Assembly: GCA_964001175.1 (NCBI GenBank)
Contig: CAXFAS010000004.1
Span: 7,497-71,496, forward strand
Source: an uncultured euryarchaeote
GTDB lineage: Archaea; Thermoplasmatota; Poseidoniia; Poseidoniales; Poseidoniaceae
Length of the DNA stretch: 64,000 nucleotides
Reading direction: 5' to 3'
In this document: positions 28,501 through 36,866 of the stretch, piece after piece
How the letters are laid out: each line of letters starts with the position of its first letter
Position numbering within the stretch: position 1 is the first letter of the stretch
Translations under genes and position numbers: made by a program
The notes under the pieces: model-generated
Databases searched by the model: none
Told to the model about the DNA's origin: nothing
What the model saw: only the letters and a program-made list of their open reading frames with translations

Positions 28501-29286
28501 GATATGATTGGGTTTACTTCAGAAGAGTGGAACTTGTATCTGCAAGGAGAAAAAGACTTACCTCCTAGGGGCAGAATTGGGAGGCTTCTAGAAGCCGATT
28601 TTTCTCTAGAAAATTCAGCCCCTATAGCCTGTGAATGGGTATTATCCATGGATAGTAAAAATAGTGTATCGCTACAATCTAAATCAGATAATGGTTCATT
28701 AGTATCTTTTGAATTAACAGGTAGAATAGATCGAGTTGATTGTATAGTATTAACTAAAGAAATGCGAGAAAAAGCCATCTTAGACGGTATATTATCTGAA
28801 GATGAAACAAAACAACAAAGATGGATTATAATTAGAGACATGAAGAACATAAATGGTCCAAAGAAAGAGGATAGAGGAGACCGCCATCGAAGAGCTATAT
28901 TTGATGAAGTGCAATTAGGGTTATACGCTAAAGCATGGGAAATCGCTTATCCAACAGATAGAGTTGTAGGTGTTGGTATTAGCGAGATAGGTGAAACAAC
29001 GACTCATTATGTTGAACTTGATTCAAGCGTTAAGAAATATATTCAAGACTTATCAATAGGGGAAATCACAGATTATACTTCTCTCCATCATCGTCCACTA
29101 TTCGATAAAGAATTTATATCGAGTAACGGATTTAGGTCCTGGATGGATGAACGTTTAAGGACATCTGCAAGGGTGATTGAACACTCTAACTCCGGTTTTG
29201 CTCAACCAGTTCCAGGAAAACATTGTTCATATTGCTCATCACGAAGAATGTGTCCTTCTGCATTATTGGGAGGTGATGAGAATTGA
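25561..29286 (+). CDS. addB: AddB/RexB-like helicase-nuclease subunit (inactive helicase-like scaffold plus C-terminal Cys4 PD-(D/E)XK nuclease)
   Basis: There is no Walker A in the N-terminal region. The C-terminal RecB-family nuclease motifs are TGRIDRVD, IIRDMK (D-x-K) and QLGLYAKAW (QxxxY). One upstream Cys (WLKCPRQAW) and CSYCSSRRMC (Cx2Cx5C) bracket them, as in AddB/Cas4 Fe-S nucleases. The gene is translationally coupled to the UvrD/AddA-like gene. Confidence 0.75.
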   Translation: MLDGKQKANISIEATPSGKSLPDWLFESLASNQSREVIIIYPNESSRKSALNKLADVTSYIDSSKHMTIQRLFDTLHLDFRLPSKMQDDALLFSIVHQRTQQHAHNGQLPLMFSPIKGRIWSEYKTERLQSLHRELSELKSPWRWENDPGVKEFHNILKKIEQQTNSTYPDLMKSNLLERLNFAVQEKEVPFSLSGVEGIIILDHAPDFSEINRLLLQKISRITPIHQLCNPGSFRLGFHGAFVEDIEWCDETTIPKWIPKHEVWRYPKQANWISPVGKLRSTQIHRISLERKHHNIDTTFQLIKNYLSSNDGKVIVIDAGLKHNSRAWKSRLNDMGIICDSKAKTLIEQPSIAGLITLLQIGDGLEAWSFEKFRRLIENNGLPIEFSSFNELIHATEKGWKPKPHLDILEKISRSFHVLGGPGALRRWLKTLENAKPIIGDDIELVRQKLEETQWWLANICRLWAPLYEEAKDYSNESFIGCSTGSKLPLIEELSHGNNWINEIYRSINWKRLTLLDAEYSNSITGLQKLIEEHHRLMFSLNEIGLKTPNSGEDFIRHLMKIIRKTKLSNSRLESANVKVLTPLEAFGLEADLIILSGLDVDSWSMKAPKIPWLDSESRLQLGLLNSDIEIRKGRHHLKHFLNASETVVILDTSEDESVGPAAPLVEFLEDAKRSKQFQQLSIIPSFISENEYDESNLDRSWDLKSQAEEEPNIWLTPRPYSMSMGDSGAIGHRSGFRGRDARQRTGLNLASGRKVTTRPISINNLASAHEFSIYNDRLIRQPSHKNINKEEYLPWESRELMVSVDDLTMRPTKSQVIIGSKDAKEWPHLGMKGSRSKGPAIDPRPLPMFDSGSESIQSITGFISQPIIRKKWSASRIQSWLKCPRQAWLEKHLGARELEQPTEDIDDRVRGLLVHDIEGAILEEHGIKIAGEPSKITLPLSKGPLDTIEKVWKVALNYLELNAEWLTRSNAVAHHRCRDMIGFTSEEWNLYLQGEKDLPPRGRIGRLLEADFSLENSAPIACEWVLSMDSKNSVSLQSKSDNGSLVSFELTGRIDRVDCIVLTKEMREKAILDGILSEDETKQQRWIIIRDMKNINGPKKEDRGDRHRRAIFDEVQLGLYAKAWEIAYPTDRVVGVGISEIGETTTHYVELDSSVKKYIQDLSIGEITDYTSLHHRPLFDKEFISSNGFRSWMDERLRTSARVIEHSNSGFAQPVPGKHCSYCSSRRMCPSALLGGDEN
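29269..29286 (+). promoter_or_regulatory. Translational-coupling junction: GGAGG, then a TTG start overlapping the TGA stop (aaTTGA)
   Basis: GGAGG lies at 29269-29273. The TTG at 29283-29285 overlaps the TGA at 29284-29286. The Walker A motif begins at codon 23 of the downstream ORF and no in-frame ATG precedes it, so the TTG start is required. Confidence 0.6.
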
Positions 29287-32200
29287 TTCCATTCAATAAT
29301 AGTCAAAAATTAGGATTAGATTTGGATAAGCATATTGCTTTAGATGCAGGTGCAGGTACCGGAAAAACCGCAGTTATGGCAGAAAGATATGTTCAACATT
29401 TAATCACTCCAGAACAACGCGCAACAATTCTATTACCGAAAGGGCCTAGAAAACCATTAGAGGGCCATGGTGCTCTAAGGGCCCCTGCTAGAGAAAGAAC
29501 TGAACTAGGCGACTGGTCCGGTCTATTGCCGAATGAAGTCGTAGCGATTACATTTACTAAGAAAGCAGCATCTGAGTTGAAATCTAGAATCCGAAAAAGA
29601 CTAGCACTCACTCGAACCTTGGCAGATTCTAATAAGGAAGAGGGTATTTACGACCCTAGGATTCGTCGTTCAGGAGATTTAGAAATGTTACTTTCGGGGC
29701 TAGATGAAGCGCCCATTTCCACCATTGATGCTTTTCTCTCTCAATTACTTGCACCACACTTAGATTTAGTGGCTGTAAATCCTACTAGAGAACAAATTTC
29801 CGAAGTAAGGTCGCCGTTGTTGGTAAAGGAAACCATACACTCTGCATGGCGAATTAGGACAATCAATGATGCTAGAGAAGCCGGGATTAAAGGAGACATT
29901 GGAGGATTCATTGCTGCAAGGAATAGACTCGCAATTTTAGTTGGTGGGCAATCGAGGGCAGAAGTAATTCTGACTGGATTATTGAATACATCTTTATTTG
30001 TCGATGAATCTAAACGTTCCTTGAAGAAGAGAAGTAAACTAAAGGGAATTAATTGGGACGGGGTCTCTGCAATTGATTCAGAAATTATTCTTGAGATGTT
30101 CCTTGAGCCAGCCGCTGATATTATCGATAGTTTTGCTGATAAATTACATTTTGAATTGAATAATTGGGTTGACCAAATTCTACTTCATCCTAATGAATTA
30201 GTTTTAGCTTGTGAAACAGAACAGGGGACTAGAAGCACCCGATTTAATCAATTAGTTAATCTGGCTAGACATTCTTATCCATCTTCAAAGACAGATAGGT
30301 TACAATGGGTATGGATGGTTTCTTTAGCCGCTGCATCATATTCCTCGTTGATAAAAGATGGAATGACATTCTTCCCTAAAGGAGGTTTACCCCAGCCCAA
30401 TCATTGTAATGAATGGATGCCAGGATTGTTTCCCAAGTCTAAGGTTAGAGGAATTACGGGCAAGGTAAAGGATTCAATTTATGAAAATTTGAAAAATATA
30501 GCAGCAAAAATGCATGAACATTTGGCAAGTAAAAATGGACGTCTAGTAAGATTACTTGGGCGTAGTTCATATTTATTCAACCCAATATTTAATTTACAAT
30601 TTATGGATTCAGATTGCCCACTGATAGCGCATCCTTTATCCAATGAATTTAGCGACATTGCTCCACAAGGTAAATTACGAATCACAGATGATCTGCAGAC
30701 AAATGTATTAGCAGATTTGTTGTTGGTTCACAACGGGTGTAAGGAGATACTAAACTTAAAGAAAATAAATGAAGGAGTTCATGATTTTGATGATACTCAA
30801 AGGCTGGCTGCGGATTTACTCCTTGCTCGGTGTCCTGACTCGGTTCGTTATGAATATCCGCAAAGTGTAGTTGAGGCATTGGATAGTTTAGATGATGAAC
30901 CTTGGTTAGATCTACATATTTCAGCGGCATTAACAATAGCCCAAGAACACCCAAGTTGCTTTGAAGACTTACAGAAAAGATTTCAGGTACTTCAAATGTT
31001 AAGAAGAAACTTTAGTGCATTCATTATTGACGAATATCAAGATACTAATCCCGCACATTTTAGACTATTGTCACGTCTATGGGGGCGAAGAAGTCGTTTA
31101 GCAGACGACCCGTCTTCCCCTATGGGGCCGTGGGACCCTACAGTATGTATTGTGGGCGATATGAAACAGAGTATCTATCGATTTAGACAGGCAGAAGTAA
31201 CCGTCATGCTAAGAACAGTCGAGGCAATAAAAAATATCAATTATACAGAACAAAGTGAATCAAGATTAAGCCATTTGAAGAAAGCCAACCATGGTAGAGA
31301 CCCAAGACCAGTTGGGGCGGGAGGAGAAATAGGATCTTTCTCCAATCAACATCCTCCATCTGGAACAAAATTAGAATCAAAGCCTTGGGAACATGTACCT
31401 GTTGAGTTTGAAGATTCAAGTGGCGACACTAAAAAATATGTTCAAATATCTCCCGAGCGAGTAAAAAGAAGATTACTCGGCCATATCGATTTAACTTCTA
31501 ATCATCGTACTTTGCATAATTTGATGCTAACCATGAATGGAATTTTTGAAGATGTTTTTGCTAGTCGGCATTATGTTCTTCCAGGAGATTGGCATGCAAA
31601 ATCTCAAAATTTAAAACCGGCTCGCAAAGATGAAAATAAAGGGGTTTTGGAATGGTTATTACCTTTACAAACAAATGTAACTATACCGACAGCTGATTTG
31701 AATAATCCAAATAATGTTTTTTCAGATCCGAATGCTAAAAATATCCATCTTGAACATGAATTAATTGCGCTAAGACTTCACAGTCTTCTGACAGAAAATA
31801 ATCCAAAGGTTTGGGATAGTGAAACAGCCTCATTCAAAGAGATTGAAAGTGGCACAAAAAATATCTTGCCAAAGGATATTATGATTCTCGTTCACTCTCG
31901 AAAACATATTCCTGATTTACTACAGAGGCTCGGCAATAAAGGGATACCTGTCATCTCGGATAGACAAGGAGAATTACTAAAGCGACCAGTCATTAATGCC
32001 TTAATGTCGGTTTTACATTTAGTCGCGTACCCCAAATCAAAATTTGCAGCGATTTCTTTTGCTCGCTCACCGATACTTGGATTTACTGATAAACAAGTAA
32101 ATACAATGTTTTCTGAAATTAAAAACTCAGATAACTGGTGGGATGTAATTACAAAATATGCACCATGTAGTAGAAGTAAAAATCTTATCGAACATCTGAA

Positions 32201-34283
32201 AAATCTTGTAATTAAGGGCGGAGTTCACGAAATATTAGATGCTGTTTTAGACCATTCAGATTTACTAATTGCATTCCCAGACGATACCTCTAGGCAGAAT
32301 GCAGAATTATGGTGTGGCTTAGTGTACAATATTGGGCGTGAGTATGGACATGACCCAACTGAGATATATTCTCACCTTAATTCACTTCAAAGCCTAGGTA
32401 ACAAAGGTCCGCAAGCAATTACCATTCCATCCGGTGGAGCAGTTAGAATTATGACAATTCATGGTGCTAAAGGTTTACAATCAAAAGTAGTTGTTGTAGC
32501 AGGGATGTTCCATGCAGGAAAATCAGACTCATCACTAGCGTCTAGAAATAATGTTCTAGTAACACCAGAAATAGTTGCAGGTCGCATTAATCCATGGTCT
32601 TCAAGAGATAGGCCTTATGATGGGCTTTGGGAATTTGCCAAAAATATGGACTCAGCCCAAAGACAGGCAGAACGTAGAAGAGAATTTTATGTTGCATTGA
32701 CTAGAGTTAGAGACCATCTAATTGTGGTCGGAACTCCAGATAAGAATTGTCAAATAGATTCTAAATCGAATAATTTGAAATTTAAAAGCAAACCATCTCT
32801 AAAGACCATGGGTTCGATGTGGATGGATGGACTTAGAAGTCTATCTCATTCCAATCAAGTAAAAGATTCTCCATGGCTTTTACCAAACGATCGATTCGGC
32901 GAAGAATTAGACACATATAGTGAAACCCAGGTAGAAATTAATCCGTTTGCAATATCTAATGATTCAATGCTTGGAGCAGATTCAATCAAATCACTTCGTG
33001 TATTTCATTCACCAGAATGTTTTGATAAGAATAACCTAATCTCTCCTCTAACCAAATGGCAGAATATAGAATCTAGATTGGATAAATTATCTGCTGAAGA
33101 TAAATCTAACACAGATTCAGAGGATGATAATATTGCAGTAGGGCATACTATTAGGATGAGTGCCCATAGTCTTGATACTAGTTTCCAGTGTAAGCGCAGG
33201 CATTGGTTAGAACAGGTTAAAGGATGGAGTTCTGAACCCATCTATTTGATTAAAAATGAACATAATTCAATTGAACAAGAGTCAGTTTTTGTTAGCCCCA
33301 CACTATTTGGAACAATTGTGCATCGTTTGCTAGAAATCGGTTTAAAAAATCCTAGTAAAGTCAACGGCCCTCCAGTGATTCCTTTACCTTCTAGTTGGCA
33401 AAACGAGAATGATAATTTACTAAAAGATAAAAATTTAGTCGAGGAAGTACTTCGCGAAGAAGGTATTACTCAGAAGTCAACAGGCATAGAGAAGAAACGA
33501 GCGCTTGCAATGGAAGAAAGAATCTCTCAGATTTCTAACTTAGTAGATAATGGCCTTATTGGCAGATATGCAGAAGGAGAGGTCCATCACGACAGGATAC
33601 CGGAGGGGCTTAGAACCGAGTTACCATTTTTCTATCAACATGCGATTGAAATGAAAGATGTTTATAGATTGGGCTTTTCTATTGAAGGGATAAGAAGATT
33701 ATCAAAAGTTGAGAATACCAAATTCACATTTGATGGCAGAGCAGATTTGGTTCTTGCTTTTAGAGATAAAGATGGAATAGGATACTTACAAGTTGTAGAT
33801 CTAAAAACCACAGGGTGCCGGAATGATTTCAATTCAGAAGATCCAAAATCTGGGTCTCCACTACAGGTTGTTGAAGGTGACCTTTTGAGTAGATTCCCTC
33901 AAACTGCTGCTGAAAGACAAATCCTTCATGAGCATAGACTACAATTAGCTCTTTATTCAATGGCATTAGAGGCAATAGAACTAGATAAGTCTGAAGAATT
34001 GAGAAGAATAATTCTACCTCCAGCAATTTTGGTGGGGGCATCTGGAAGAAGTATTGAATTAACTCTAGACGAGTACAAACAAGCTAAAACTGATTTAGAG
34101 AATCATTTACTTTGGATGGCTGAATTATCCGCAGAAGCAAACTCTTTACAAGAACCAGACCGATTGGAAGGGCTTGATAATGCTACTTGTAAACAATGTC
34201 CATTTTATAGAGGAGACATCAAATTGTGTGGGCCCAAGCACTTATCGATTCCTTTAATCAAGAGTTCCTCTGACCAGCAATGA
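29283..34283 (+). CDS. addA: AddA/UvrD-family SF1 helicase with C-terminal Cys4 PD-(D/E)XK nuclease
   Basis: SF1 motifs: I GAGTGKT, Ia ITFTKKAASELKSRI, II IIDEYQDTN, III VGDMKQSIYRFRQA, V TIHGAKGLQSKVVVV, VI FYVALTRVRDHL. The nuclease module has GRADLVLAF, VVDLKT and QLALYSMAL. Its Cys residues are FQCKRRHW and CKQCPFYRGDIKLC. At 1666 aa it is very long for the family. Confidence 0.85.
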   Translation: MIPFNNSQKLGLDLDKHIALDAGAGTGKTAVMAERYVQHLITPEQRATILLPKGPRKPLEGHGALRAPARERTELGDWSGLLPNEVVAITFTKKAASELKSRIRKRLALTRTLADSNKEEGIYDPRIRRSGDLEMLLSGLDEAPISTIDAFLSQLLAPHLDLVAVNPTREQISEVRSPLLVKETIHSAWRIRTINDAREAGIKGDIGGFIAARNRLAILVGGQSRAEVILTGLLNTSLFVDESKRSLKKRSKLKGINWDGVSAIDSEIILEMFLEPAADIIDSFADKLHFELNNWVDQILLHPNELVLACETEQGTRSTRFNQLVNLARHSYPSSKTDRLQWVWMVSLAAASYSSLIKDGMTFFPKGGLPQPNHCNEWMPGLFPKSKVRGITGKVKDSIYENLKNIAAKMHEHLASKNGRLVRLLGRSSYLFNPIFNLQFMDSDCPLIAHPLSNEFSDIAPQGKLRITDDLQTNVLADLLLVHNGCKEILNLKKINEGVHDFDDTQRLAADLLLARCPDSVRYEYPQSVVEALDSLDDEPWLDLHISAALTIAQEHPSCFEDLQKRFQVLQMLRRNFSAFIIDEYQDTNPAHFRLLSRLWGRRSRLADDPSSPMGPWDPTVCIVGDMKQSIYRFRQAEVTVMLRTVEAIKNINYTEQSESRLSHLKKANHGRDPRPVGAGGEIGSFSNQHPPSGTKLESKPWEHVPVEFEDSSGDTKKYVQISPERVKRRLLGHIDLTSNHRTLHNLMLTMNGIFEDVFASRHYVLPGDWHAKSQNLKPARKDENKGVLEWLLPLQTNVTIPTADLNNPNNVFSDPNAKNIHLEHELIALRLHSLLTENNPKVWDSETASFKEIESGTKNILPKDIMILVHSRKHIPDLLQRLGNKGIPVISDRQGELLKRPVINALMSVLHLVAYPKSKFAAISFARSPILGFTDKQVNTMFSEIKNSDNWWDVITKYAPCSRSKNLIEHLKNLVIKGGVHEILDAVLDHSDLLIAFPDDTSRQNAELWCGLVYNIGREYGHDPTEIYSHLNSLQSLGNKGPQAITIPSGGAVRIMTIHGAKGLQSKVVVVAGMFHAGKSDSSLASRNNVLVTPEIVAGRINPWSSRDRPYDGLWEFAKNMDSAQRQAERRREFYVALTRVRDHLIVVGTPDKNCQIDSKSNNLKFKSKPSLKTMGSMWMDGLRSLSHSNQVKDSPWLLPNDRFGEELDTYSETQVEINPFAISNDSMLGADSIKSLRVFHSPECFDKNNLISPLTKWQNIESRLDKLSAEDKSNTDSEDDNIAVGHTIRMSAHSLDTSFQCKRRHWLEQVKGWSSEPIYLIKNEHNSIEQESVFVSPTLFGTIVHRLLEIGLKNPSKVNGPPVIPLPSSWQNENDNLLKDKNLVEEVLREEGITQKSTGIEKKRALAMEERISQISNLVDNGLIGRYAEGEVHHDRIPEGLRTELPFFYQHAIEMKDVYRLGFSIEGIRRLSKVENTKFTFDGRADLVLAFRDKDGIGYLQVVDLKTTGCRNDFNSEDPKSGSPLQVVEGDLLSRFPQTAAERQILHEHRLQLALYSMALEAIELDKSEELRRIILPPAILVGASGRSIELTLDEYKQAKTDLENHLLWMAELSAEANSLQEPDRLEGLDNATCKQCPFYRGDIKLCGPKHLSIPLIKSSSDQQ

Positions 34284-34881
34284 CTAGGGTCCCAGGTGAT
34301 TTTTTCCCCGCTTGCCAGTGAGTAATATTTGAAAAGCCAGCTTTTTTCCAAGCCTCAAGCCACTGTTCAGTACTCAAAGTGGCCATTCTAACACCAACAT
34401 GCTCAGGCCATCCAAGACTTTCTTCATGTTCGAGATAATGGTCAATTCCAATTACTGCCCAACCCCCCTCATTAACCCATTTCTCAAAAAACAATTTTAG
34501 CATTTCTTGAGGGTCTTCGAGGTAGTAAAGGAATTCCATTGAATGTAAAAAATCATACTTTCTCGTCGGGGTGAATTCAGGCAATTTACAAACAGAATAA
34601 TTTCCATTTACATCAATTTGTTTTGCCTTGTCAATCATTGCTTCTGCTCCATCGATACCTTCTGCATAATCACATAATTCATGCTCATTAAGTAAACGAA
34701 CTACCCAACCATTGCCACAACCAACATCGATTGCAGAGAAATTCTGCTCCAATTTTTTACCTTCTTTGAAAATAAAGTTTAACATTTCACTTACTGCAAA
34801 AGAGTGTCCTTTTTCCATTCCTGAATCCTTGCCCGCAAGGGCCCAATCATGGAATACATCAGTGGCTTTTCTTATCTCCAT
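34258..34881 (-). CDS. Class I SAM-dependent methyltransferase
   Basis: Motif I is AIDVGCGNGWVVRLL and a post-I acidic residue is present. It is 207 aa. Its 3' end overlaps the 3' end of the AddA-like gene by 26 nt. The substrate is unknown. Confidence 0.7.
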   Translation of the reverse strand: MEIRKATDVFHDWALAGKDSGMEKGHSFAVSEMLNFIFKEGKKLEQNFSAIDVGCGNGWVVRLLNEHELCDYAEGIDGAEAMIDKAKQIDVNGNYSVCKLPEFTPTRKYDFLHSMEFLYYLEDPQEMLKLFFEKWVNEGGWAVIGIDHYLEHEESLGWPEHVGVRMATLSTEQWLEAWKKAGFSNITHWQAGKKSPGTLVIAGQRNS

Positions 34882-34967
34882 GCCACAATCGAAAAGACTC
34901 TATTCAATAAAGCGTGTGATAAATAATCCATCGAAACAAAAAAAGTACTGCTTTGTATCCGATAAGT

Positions 34968-35927
34968 ATGTCCAGTGAATCTCCTTCTCTTAGCGACGTA
35001 TTATATCCGTCAATCGAACCACACACCACAGGTAACTTATCAGTTTCAGATTTACATACAATTTTTTGGGAAAGAACCGGAAATAAAGATGGAGAGCCGG
35101 TTATAGTAATTCATGGTGGCCCAGGTGGTGGAAGTCAACCAGCGTATCGTCAATATTTTGACCCAGAAAAATTCGACATTATTCAATTCGATCAAAGAGG
35201 ATGTGGAAAGTCGGTTCCATATGCAGAGCTGGAAGAAAATAATACTCATTCCTCAGTAAACGATATCGAGGCATTAAGAGAACATCTTGGCATTGAATCA
35301 TGGCATGTATTTGGAGGTTCATGGGGTTCAACATTATCATTAATTTATGCACAAAATTATCCACAAAGAGCTAGAAGTCTGATTTTAAGAGGTATTTTCA
35401 TGTGTAGAAAAAGTGAACTGCATTGGTTTTACCAAGAAGGAGCCAGCCATATATTCCCCGATGCATTTGATTCTTATCGTGACCACATTCCAATCGAGGA
35501 ACAGAGCGATTTAATCAAGGCATATTACAAGCGATTGACTAGTTCTGACATTGAAGTTAGGAGGGCTGCTGCAAAACAATGGACAAGATGGGAAATGGCT
35601 ACTAGTCGATTAATTCCTGATGTAGAATATTTGGAAAAGGCAGAAGATTTAGATTTTGCAGTAGCATTTGCTAGGATAGAGTGCCACTATTTTATCAACG
35701 CCATTTTTGTAGAAGAAGCACATATTCTCAATAATATTGATAAAATTCAGAAAATTCCTACATTTATTGTACAAGGGAGGTATGATGTTGTATGTCCAAC
35801 AAGAAGTGCATGGGATTTACACAAAGCAATGCCAAATAGCATTTTGAAAATAATTGCAGACTCTGGACATTCGATGGGAGAAGTAGGTATTGCTAAACAA
35901 CTAGTATCATTTACAGATAATGTATAA
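34968..35927 (+). CDS. pip: Proline iminopeptidase (prolyl aminopeptidase, alpha/beta hydrolase)
   Basis: Motifs PVIVIHGGPGGG, FDQRGCGKS, nucleophile GGSWGSTLSL and C-terminal DSGHS. The ORF track starts at a TTG (34953); the ATG at 34968 (MSSESPSL) is preferred. Confidence 0.85.
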   Translation: MSSESPSLSDVLYPSIEPHTTGNLSVSDLHTIFWERTGNKDGEPVIVIHGGPGGGSQPAYRQYFDPEKFDIIQFDQRGCGKSVPYAELEENNTHSSVNDIEALREHLGIESWHVFGGSWGSTLSLIYAQNYPQRARSLILRGIFMCRKSELHWFYQEGASHIFPDAFDSYRDHIPIEEQSDLIKAYYKRLTSSDIEVRRAAAKQWTRWEMATSRLIPDVEYLEKAEDLDFAVAFARIECHYFINAIFVEEAHILNNIDKIQKIPTFIVQGRYDVVCPTRSAWDLHKAMPNSILKIIADSGHSMGEVGIAKQLVSFTDNV

Positions 35928-36024
35928 TCGTCTTAGTTTGTTAATTTCCTGACCTATTGAAGCGTCGGCTTGATATGCTCAAGGCTAGTGGACTAGTATT
36001 GGAGGCAAGCCTCCGGGTGAGAAA

Positions 36025-36858
36025 ATGGCCGAAGAAGGGACAATTACTCCTGAAGTTAGAATTCAAGCACTAGAAGAAGCATTGGCAACAGAAACTGAGC
36101 GAGTTCAGAAATTATTCGCTGCATACGAAGGCCAAGAAAAAGACTTGATGGATGCACGTGCTGAGATTGAAGTACTTGAAAAAGAAATCATTGAAAGAGA
36201 AATCGAGAAAGAGACTCAAGAAGCTCTTTTGTCTGAAAAGGAAGTTAGAATAAGAGAACTTGAATTGCGTGCAGTAAAAGCCTCAAAGAAGGTTGAACAC
36301 CTTGAACCTGAACTAGAAAAGATGGAAGAGAAGTATTCTCGTGAAAAAGATCGTCTAGGTAAAATATTCAATATCGCAACTGAACTTGATGATGATTTGA
36401 AGTTGGCAGTATCTGAAATGAAAGCTAGAGACGATTGGTATGTCGCTCACATGTCATTATTCGAAGATCTAAATAAAGCAATAAAGGAAAGATATGAAAT
36501 GATTGAAAGAGCGGTTGAATCCGAAAGAAAATCACAACATATGGCTCGTGCATTTGATGAGAGAATGGAAGAAATGGTTAGCGCCAGAGCTGCAGAGATG
36601 ACGCTGGAAGAAGCTGAAGCAACTGTTAATACCAAAGAATCTGTTAAGGCTGATGAAGATAAAGATTACAATGAAAAAGAAGTCGATCAAGCAATTGAAG
36701 CGGCTACTGAGGAAGCGACAGAAGAAGCAGAAGTAGCAACTGAAGAAGCGACTGAAGAAGCGGCTGAAGAAGCGGCTGAAGAAACTCCAGAAAAAGAAGC
36801 AGAGCCAGCACCTGCGCCTACTTGGGGAGATGACGAAGATCCTTGGGCCGATAATTAG
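36025..36858 (+). CDS. Acidic coiled-coil protein with TEEA/AEEA repeat tail
   Basis: 277 aa with heptad-like E/K/L-rich sequence throughout. The C-terminus has (A/T)EEA repeats and ends in WGDDEDPWADN. GGGTGAG lies 4 nt upstream of the ATG. The function is unknown. Confidence 0.55.
   Translation: MAEEGTITPEVRIQALEEALATETERVQKLFAAYEGQEKDLMDARAEIEVLEKEIIEREIEKETQEALLSEKEVRIRELELRAVKASKKVEHLEPELEKMEEKYSREKDRLGKIFNIATELDDDLKLAVSEMKARDDWYVAHMSLFEDLNKAIKERYEMIERAVESERKSQHMARAFDERMEEMVSARAAEMTLEEAEATVNTKESVKADEDKDYNEKEVDQAIEAATEEATEEAEVATEEATEEAAEEAAEETPEKEAEPAPAPTWGDDEDPWADN
36697..36783 (+). repeat. Imperfect 12-nt tandem repeat (GAAGAAGCGRCT-like) encoding the (A/T)EEA low-complexity tract
   Basis: The sequence gaagcgacagaagaagcagaagtagcaactgaagaagcgactgaagaagcggctgaagaagcggctgaagaa can be read directly from the window. 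Confidence 0.7.
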
Positions 36859-36866
36859 GTGATCTA

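Noticed and set aside
36001-36014. Perfect palindrome GGAGGC-AA-GCCTCC just upstream of the coiled-coil gene
   Set aside because: The 6-bp arms with a 2-nt spacer are too small for a convincing terminator or operator. It may merely occlude or resemble an SD site. There is no second copy in the window.
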